DNA of 40,479 bases from Circinaria calcarea (lineage: Eukaryota): assembly GCA_051942165.1 (NCBI GenBank), contig JAVECS010000023.1:1-40479 (forward strand), written 5' to 3'. The notes under the pieces are model-generated. The model was not told where the DNA came from. It worked only from the letters and a program-made list of their open reading frames with translations, and did no database searches. This document shows, one piece after another, positions 36,097 through 40,479 of this stretch (positions are counted from its first letter, which is position 1; each line of letters starts with the position of its first letter). A program made the translations under genes and the position numbers.

Positions 36097-39000
36097 ATGG
36101 CAGGACCCAAGAAAGCCGGTGGTGATCGCCGATGTAAGTAAGACCTTTACTGCGCTTTACTACACATCACATTGCTGACATTAGTTTCAAGCCGGCCAAT
36201 CAATAAATGCAGGAAGCCTGCCAGCTGCTACAGCTCTACGTTCACGTAGGAGTCAAATCTCCCTCAAGGAAGAAATCAAGAATAGCTCTGAAACGGAGTC
36301 GGATGTATTGGCCATGGAACCCCCAAGCAGTTCTAGAAGAACGGTTAGGATTCTGAAGGAGGTTGCTATTCCTAGGAAGAAAAACTCTAGGGAGGATCTC
36401 CCGCAAAGTCCATCATCGATTTCATCTACAATCTCTAGCCGCCGCGATTATTCGCTCGAATATGATACGCCTGGTACGAGCGTAGCTGTGACTCCAGCCG
36501 AATTCAGTGCTGAGGGGAGTAAAAGCAAGTCTTCTTCTAGAGGGGTCAGCATGAGGAGACTGAACGGTACCATAAGAATGGCAGCGGAAACGCCTTCTTC
36601 GGCAACGTTTAGAGGGAAACGTAAACGCGAGCCGGAGGATGAGCTCGAAGACCTGATGAGCTCAGATGCACGCCTTGCTCAGGCTTTACAAGCCAAGGAA
36701 TATGCGGATCTAGAAACTAGAACGAAGAAAGGGCGAAACCTGAGGATTGAAGATTCAGAACAGGAGGCCGACTCTCTATCCGATGTTCCCTCGGATTTCG
36801 ACGCTGAAAGTATAAGTCGTCCGACATCCGTGCAAACAGATCGCCAGACTGTCAAGAACATCAAGACCGGAGGGCGTCTGCCTACCCGAGCGGCGCGAGA
36901 TAATGCCAGAAAGTCCATCGCAGACAAAGCTTCATTGGGTATACTGGACAATGATGACAAAGATGTTATGGATGACTCAGAATTATCTGACTATCTCTCC
37001 GATTTAGATTCGGAAACGGCGGACAATACTGACTATGATGATAATGGGAGCGTTCTAAACTCGATTGATGTTGGATCAGCAGCGGTGATTACCGGAGCTC
37101 CACCAACGCTGCCAAACGGCGGTCGCGGCGGCGGCCGACGACGGCAGTTGCCCATGGCGTCAGCACGAGTACCTCAGATGATGCGAGACCGTCCTAATCA
37201 ATGGACCTCGAGGGTAAAGTACCTGTTAATATTGTGTGTACTTGGTGATATACTAACAGGGTTCAGGCCAAGAGGGAACGTAATAAACTTGAGAGGGCCC
37301 ATCCAGAGATCAAGACACTGTGGGAGACGCTTGAAGCCGTCCCCTTGATCACTCCTGTACAGGCTGAGCAGCCTGAGTCAATTACACGTAAATTGAAGTC
37401 ATTCCAGCTGGAAGGATTGAATTGGATGATGAGACAGGAAAAATCCGAGTGGAGAGGCGGTCTGCTTGGCGACGAGATGGGCATGGGCAAGACCATCCAG
37501 GCAGTATCATTGATCATGTCTGATTATCCCGCAAAAGATCCTACACTTGTCGTTGTCCCTCCTGTCGCGCTCATGCAGTGGCAAAATGAGATCAACGAAT
37601 ACACGCACGGAAAACTTAAAGTGCTAATTCATCATAACGCTAATCCTGCCATCAAGAAGCTATCGATGAAGCAGTTAAAAGAATACGATGTGATTATGAT
37701 ATCCTATTCGGGTCTGGAGTCCATACATCGCAAAGAATCCAAAGGCTGGAAACGTGATGATGGCATAGTCAAGGAAAATAGTCGGATTCACGCTATCAAA
37801 TACCACCGTCTGATACTTGACGAAGCCCACAATATCAAAACAAGGACGACGAGTGTGGCCAAGGCCTGCTTTGCTCTGAAGGCCGATTACAAATGGTGTC
37901 TTTCAGGTACCCCCGTTCAGAACCGAATTGGGGAGTTCTTCTCCCTCCTTCGTTTCCTCGAAGTGAAGCCATTCGCATGTTATTTCTGCAAGGAATGCGC
38001 ATGCGCAGAACTTCACTGGTCACAAAATGAAGCAAAGAAGTGTACGCACTGTGACCATAGTGGCTTTAGTCACGTGTCCATCTTCAACCAGGAGCTATTG
38101 ACACCCATCACTCAGGGGGAAGATCATGACCTGCGTCGAGCAGCACTCGGTAAACTGCGTCTCATCACAGACAGGATCATGCTGAGGCGTATGAAGCGGG
38201 ATCATACCGCGTCTATGGAATTACCACCAAAGGAAGTCATCATCCACAACGAATTTTTCGGGGAAATCGAGCGGGATTTCTCCTCCAGTATTATGAGCAA
38301 CACCACCAGACAGTTTGACACCTATGTTAGTAGGGGGGTGATGCTCAACAACTATGCAAACATCTTCGGCCTTATCATGCAGATGCGCCAGGTGGCAAAC
38401 CATCCGGATCTTATCTTAAAGAAGCATGCCCAAGGTGGTCAGAATATTCTTGTCTGCAGCATTTGCGATGAAACTGCGGAGGAGCCAATACGTTCGCGCT
38501 GTCATCACGAGTTCTGTCGCAAATGCGCCAAGGATTACGTCCGATCTTTCGAGGATAACATGAACGGTGAACCCGGGTGCCCGCGTTGCCACATCTCTTT
38601 GGCAATAGACTTTGATCAGCCCGATATTGAACAAGACGAGGAGCATGTCAAAAAGAACTCGATCATCAACCGCATCAAGATGGAAGACTGGACGTCGTCG
38701 ACGAAGATCGAAATGCTGATTTACGATCTCTACAAACTACGCAGTAAGAAGCAGACTCACAAGTCCATCGTTTTCTCACAGTTCACCTCGATGCTGCAAC
38801 TTGTCGAATGGCGTCTCCGTCGTGCTGGGTTCAATACGGTCATGCTTGACGGGAGTATGACTCCCGCGCAGCGACAGAAATCCATCGAGTACTTCATGAA
38901 CAATACCGATGTAGAGGTCTTCCTAGTGTCTTTAAAGGCTGGAGGCGTTGCGCTGAACCTCACTGAAGCTTCCAGGGTTTTTATCATTGATCCGCAAGTC

Positions 39001-39273
39001 CCTTCGTCCCACGTCTCGCTTTCCGTATACTGACTCATCTGTAGATGGTGGAACCCGGCAGCAGAGTGGCAGTCCGCCGACCGCTGTCATCGTATCGGTC
39101 AGAGACGCCCTTGTGTGATTACCCGACTCTGCATTGAGGATTCGGTCGAGTCTCGGATGGTAATGTTGCAAGAGAAGAAGGCGAACATGATAAACGGGAC
39201 CATCAACAATGACCAGGTGGCCATGGAGAAGTTGACACCGGAGGATATGCAATTCCTGTTCCGTGGATCCTAA
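36097..39273 (+). CDS. RAD16: DNA repair protein Rad16 (SNF2 ATPase with embedded RING finger)
   Basis: Motifs [20 protein letters not shown] and [16 protein letters not shown]...CHHEFCRKC...[15 protein letters not shown] and [21 protein letters not shown]. Introns 36134-36191, 37214-37266 and GC-AG 38994-39044. Confidence 0.96.
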
Positions 39274-39887
39274 TGGTTCCCTGTCGATATACACAGGCTT
39301 GTCTAGGCCTACTGCGGAGTGCTATGACGAGAGATTGTGTATCACTGCAGGTGGAAGCGTTAGGTATGGAATATTCGCTTTGACGAACGGCTTTACGCCA
39401 CCGAGGAAGGGGGCCGGGGGGGCGACGTCGCCAGTGCTTTGTGGAGGGATTTCGGACCGGAGCAAAAGACGATGAGCATACTCGCTTGGTGGCATCTACA
39501 GAACAATGAGTGTTGCTTTGATCGAATTGCTTGAAGAAAAGTGTAACTAGCAAGTTAGCTTGCCTGGGTAACCATCGCTTATGAGCTAATCTCAGCCTCT
39601 CTTGAATGCAGTAGTGTCAAACGGCCGCGGTATCACTAGGGAAGCTTCCGTGGGGGTCCCTTGGTTCAAGGATTTTGTTTGGTACTGCGTGATGCCCCGG
39701 CGAAACAGGCTTAGGGTAATGGGATATCGACATCATGTAACCCAAATCAGAATACACTAAACAGCAAAGACGCTCCCCCTTTCCATGCCCGGTATATACC
39801 TTCCAAGCCCGATATGCGAAAAATACTATCCATTCATGAAGTAAAGATTTACCCTTCCGACACTTTACTACCTCTTTATCCTTTGCT

Positions 39888-40479
39888 TTACAGTCCTGTG
39901 CAGTCCACCCACTCCTTTGTCCCTACTTCATGGCCTTCCCAGATCGTCTCTTCCATATCCGCCGCTGCCACCGGACTGAAAGCTTCGACCTCCTCCACCT
40001 CATCCTCGTCTTCCTCTTGGATGATTTCACCGCTCCGCCTTCCGGCCGCCGAGGCGCTTCGACTGGCGCTCGTGTCTCTGCCTCTGGCTGCGGGACTTCT
40101 GCTTGGATTGGTGTGTAGCATAGGTCCCCGAAAAGGCGTTTTCTTCCGCTTGGCAAAGACGAGGCCGGGGGACGACAAGGCGCCGAAGGAGGCAGATTCG
40201 TTGTAGTGGGTAGAGATAGGCGGGGGTATATTGCGACCAACCCGAATGTGAGACGGGAAGGCCGAGGAGGTAGGCGTGGCCGGGAGGACTTTGACGGAAG
40301 AGTGGGGAGACCGCGCCGATTTTAGGTTGATTGCCGATGAATTGACCGAATTGGAATTTGACGAGGTCGATGAAGCTTTGGAGTGAGTGTGGACGTGATG
40401 GATACTACGGATCGAGGATACTGACGATGATGTAGATTTGCGGCCACGGAGACCGGCAGACGAACGCCGGTAGGAAGAG
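39888..40479 (-). CDS. C-terminal part of a Ser-rich protein, probably the tail of a fungal CAMK-like Ser/Thr kinase; truncated by the window edge
   Basis: Frame is open from the window end: SYRRSSAGLRGRKSTSSSVSSIRSIHH...GLVFAKRKKTPFRGPML...EEDEDEVEEVEAFSPV. The kinase domain is not in the window, so the identity rests on recall only. Confidence 0.55.
   Translation of the reverse strand, partial: SSYRRSSAGLRGRKSTSSSVSSIRSIHHVHTHSKASSTSSNSNSVNSSAINLKSARSPHSSVKVLPATPTSSAFPSHIRVGRNIPPPISTHYNESASFGALSSPGLVFAKRKKTPFRGPMLHTNPSRSPAARGRDTSASRSASAAGRRSGEIIQEEDEDEVEEVEAFSPVAAADMEETIWEGHEVGTKEWVDCTGL

Overview
A gene-dense genomic segment from a filamentous ascomycete (Pezizomycotina, judged from 45-130 nt GT-AG introns with CTRAY-type branch points and from protein sequences). 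I rebuilt the gene models by hand from splice signals and recognised protein families from memory, without database searches. In order: a 113-aa probable mitochondrial membrane protein (Ina17-like, -) divergent from RAMP4/SERP1 (+), neither recovered intact by the ORF track; a basic hypothetical protein (-); a hairpin-dense candidate ncRNA at ~4060-4350; AP-3 delta (-) divergent from EMC2 (+); a Pro-rich coiled-coil protein with a ubiquitin-like domain (+); a possible orphan gene; a synaptojanin-like phosphatase (-) divergent from a hybrid histidine kinase (+); a C2-domain protein (+); a BAR-PH-ArfGAP (-); a thioesterase pseudogene with RIP-type stops and a hidden SKL; RAD7 (-) and RAD16 (+) head-to-head; and the 3' end of a probable Ser/Thr kinase (-). 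The most notable points are the RAD7/RAD16 bidirectional pair, the thioesterase pseudogene, the candidate structured RNA, and unusual splicing (two intron-split start codons, a GC-AG intron, and in-frame alternative donors around a polyproline cassette). I found no mobile element, CRISPR array, tRNA or rRNA.
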